NCBI RefSeq assembly: GCF_000009045.1
Contig: NC_000964.3
Location: 2,520,001-2,552,000, forward strand
DNA: 32,000 bases
Direction of reading: 5' to 3'
From: Bacillus subtilis subsp. subtilis str. 168
GTDB lineage: Bacteria > Bacillota > Bacilli > Bacillales > Bacillaceae
The position numbers and the translations under genes were made by a program. The notes under the pieces were generated by a model, which did not search any database, was not told the DNA's origin, and saw only the letters and a list, made by a program, of their open reading frames with translations. Of the stretch, positions 29,775-32,000 are shown in pieces (position 1 is the stretch's first letter; every line of letters starts with the position of its first letter).

Positions 29775-31448
29775 ATGAATACAGAAATGATCTACGATGC
29801 AAAATGGCCTGAAGAATTTGCTGAAAGACTGAAAAACGATGGCCCTTGGGCAAACTGGGAACTGTACAAGCTCTCTGCAGAAATCCAGAAAACATTAGCA
29901 ATTCCAGAGTTTGAAGGCTTACGGGCTCCTTTATATCTGCCTTCCTTTACGCCGCTCCCCCACCAGCTTGAAGTGGCGCAAAAAGTGGTTGAAAAAATGA
30001 ACGGGAAAGCGATTTTAGCAGATGAGGTTGGTCTCGGAAAAACGGTTGAAGCTGGACTGATTCTAAAAGAATATATGATTCGCGGGTTAGCAAAAAAAAT
30101 TTTGATCCTTGTGCCCGCTTCCCTTGTGTCACAGTGGGTCAAAGAGCTTCAGGAAAAATTTTTGATTCCGGCTGTTGAACAAAAGAAAAGCTATGTGTGG
30201 GAGCAATGCGATATTGTCGTCTCATCAATAGACACCGCGAAGCGCTCGCCCCATCGAGAAATCGTTCTGTCTATCCCATATGATCTTGTCATTATTGATG
30301 AGGCACACAAACTGAAAAATAGCAAAACGAAGAACTATGAATTTGTCCGGAATCTCGTAAAAAAATATTGCCTGCTTCTTACCGCGACGCCAATCCAGAA
30401 CCGTATCGAAGAGATTTTCAATTTGGTGTCCTTATTAAAACCCGGCCATTTAGGCAGTCAGAATCACTTTCAGGAGGAGTTCGCCAAGAAGAAATCCAGT
30501 TTAGAAGCGCATGAACATTTAAAAGATCTTGTGAATAAAGTCATGATCCGTAACAGGCGGCATGATACAGGGCTGAATTGGAAACAGCGCCATGTTGAAA
30601 CAGTGCCGATTCAATTTTCTCCATCAGAGCAGGCGCTTTATGATGAAATTTCTCGTTTGAAGGACAGTATCAATAAACCAGCCAGCATGTTCTCGATTAT
30701 GACCTTGCAAAGAGAATGCTGTTCGAGCAGAGAAGCGGTATATATGACGCTGAAAAAGATGCTTGATCAAAAAGAGAAACAAGCACCTGCCATTGATGAG
30801 GATACGATTTCAGTTTTGATAGATCGCATCAATCAAGTGACACAAAACTCTAAAGCGCTTCAAGTTGTTGACTTGATCAAAAAGATCGACGATAAGGTCA
30901 TCATTTTTACAGAATACCGCGCAACCCAGATTTATCTGCAGTGGTTTCTTCAGCAAAACGGCATCAGTTCTGTGCCGTTTAGAGGCGGATTTAAACGTGG
31001 AAAAAAAGACTGGATGAAGGATCTTTTCCGCGGAAAAATCCAAGTCCTTATTGCAACTGAAGCAGGCGGTGAGGGAATTAACCTGCAATTTTGCAATCAC
31101 ATGATCAACTATGACCTGCCATGGAACCCGATGCGGCTTGAGCAAAGAATCGGAAGAATTCACAGACTCGGGCAGGAGCGTGACGTGCATATTTATAACA
31201 TGGCGACAAAACATACGGTGGAAGAGCATATTCTAAAGCTTTTATATGAAAAAATTCATTTGTTTGAAAAAGTGGTCGGTGAACTTGATGATATTTTAAC
31301 GAAAATTCAAGTGAACAATTTTGAAGAGCACCTTCATGACATTTTGTATCACTCAGCAACAGAAGAAGAAATGAAAATAAAAATGGATAACTTAACCTCA
31401 TTTTTGTCTTATAAAAAACAGCTGCCTGCTGAAAAAAGAGGATCTTAG
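29775..31448 (+). CDS. yqhH: SNF2-family DEAD-like helicase/ATPase YqhH
   Basis: 557 aa ORF with ILADEVGLGKTVEAGLI (Walker A), VIIDEAHKLKN (DExH), LLTATPIQNRIEEIF, IATEAGGEGINLQFCNHMINYDLPWNPMRLEQRIGRIHRLGQ. Confidence 0.93.
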   Translation: MNTEMIYDAKWPEEFAERLKNDGPWANWELYKLSAEIQKTLAIPEFEGLRAPLYLPSFTPLPHQLEVAQKVVEKMNGKAILADEVGLGKTVEAGLILKEYMIRGLAKKILILVPASLVSQWVKELQEKFLIPAVEQKKSYVWEQCDIVVSSIDTAKRSPHREIVLSIPYDLVIIDEAHKLKNSKTKNYEFVRNLVKKYCLLLTATPIQNRIEEIFNLVSLLKPGHLGSQNHFQEEFAKKKSSLEAHEHLKDLVNKVMIRNRRHDTGLNWKQRHVETVPIQFSPSEQALYDEISRLKDSINKPASMFSIMTLQRECCSSREAVYMTLKKMLDQKEKQAPAIDEDTISVLIDRINQVTQNSKALQVVDLIKKIDDKVIIFTEYRATQIYLQWFLQQNGISSVPFRGGFKRGKKDWMKDLFRGKIQVLIATEAGGEGINLQFCNHMINYDLPWNPMRLEQRIGRIHRLGQERDVHIYNMATKHTVEEHILKLLYEKIHLFEKVVGELDDILTKIQVNNFEEHLHDILYHSATEEEMKIKMDNLTSFLSYKKQLPAEKRGS

Positions 31449-31468
31449 CCTGTAAGGAGGTTTTATTA

Positions 31469-32000
31469 GTGAGACAGCAAGAGGTTCACGATTTTCTGCT
31501 GCGTTTTTTTCAAGCAAACAGCTGCCAAATCGTCGATCAAGGCTTAGGCTATATGACAGTGCAGCTTACAGTTGAAATGGACAAACAAATCATGAACCGC
31601 CCTTTCTACTGGCATTGGCGCGAGAAGACAGGCGGTGATCCGAATCCAATGAAAATCACTTTTATTACAGATAAAGAAAATGCGCCAAAAGACCTAGATG
31701 GTGAATTTATATATTTTGGGGCCCCGCGTCTTTTTCAAATATTCAAAGCTGTTAAACAAAATGGGAGATTTACCAGAATGTATGAGAAAATTGAATCAGC
31801 CGGAGCTAAAGTCCCACTTCAGCCTTGGCTTGGTATAAATGTCACGATTTCATACCAGTCCGACATGAAAAAGGATAAGTTATTGTCACTAGGTCTTCAC
31901 CTAGTCTCTGGAACGATAATTGAAGATTTTCAAAGCAAGCTGACCCAGTTTTCACTGACGTCTCAAATATGTGACTATTGCTTCACCATTTCACCTATGA
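31469..32000 (+). CDS. yqhG: YqhG, conserved protein of unknown function (runs off the right edge)
   Basis: GTG start at 31469 preceded by AAGGAGG. Open frame VRQQEVHDFLLRFFQANSCQIVDQGLGYMTVQLTVEMDKQIMNRPFYWHWREKTGGDPNPMKITF... to the window end. Confidence 0.88.
   Translation, partial: MRQQEVHDFLLRFFQANSCQIVDQGLGYMTVQLTVEMDKQIMNRPFYWHWREKTGGDPNPMKITFITDKENAPKDLDGEFIYFGAPRLFQIFKAVKQNGRFTRMYEKIESAGAKVPLQPWLGINVTISYQSDMKKDKLLSLGLHLVSGTIIEDFQSKLTQFSLTSQICDYCFTISPM

Noticed and set aside
30810-31401. Minus-strand ORFs of 139 aa and 98 aa inside yqhH
   Set aside because: Antisense to the conserved SNF2 helicase C-terminal domain with no homology features.
1-32000. Search for CRISPR-like direct repeats, tRNA/rRNA genes, IS/transposase, phage integrase, toxin-antitoxin or restriction genes
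   Set aside because: No regularly spaced repeats, no cloverleaf or rRNA signature seen by eye, and no such protein among the ORFs. Gene order is that of the conserved B. subtilis chromosome.

Overview
This 32 kb window is an ordinary core-genome region of Bacillus subtilis (or a very close relative). Protein content and gene order match the spoIVB-recN-argR(ahrC)-yqxC-dxs-ispA-xseB-xseA-folD-nusB-yqhY-accC-accB-spoIIIAH..AA-yqhV-efp-yqhT-aroQ(yqhS)-yqhR // yqhQ-yqhP / yqhO-mntR-lipM(yqhM) // yqhL / gcvPB-gcvPA-gcvT // yqhH-yqhG segment. Identification is from recalled protein sequences and gene order, not from a database search. All CDSs look intact. I found no tRNA, rRNA, CRISPR array, transposon or prophage genes. 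The clearest non-coding element is a tandem glycine riboswitch with an intrinsic terminator upstream of gcvT. I can also support a PurBox pair upstream of nusB-folD, a sigma-E promoter upstream of spoIIIAA, sigma-A-like promoters upstream of accB and yqhL, and several Rho-independent terminators. I see no convincing undescribed biological system. The items most worth a second look are the poorly characterised SNF2-family/YqhG gene pair, a long hairpin between the yqhY terminator and the PurR operator, competing base-pairings in the folD-xseA gap, and the ispA-dxs leader with a TTG-started dxs. Most of the + strand ORFs in the 0.5-20 kb part of the track are antisense shadows of real genes and were rejected.
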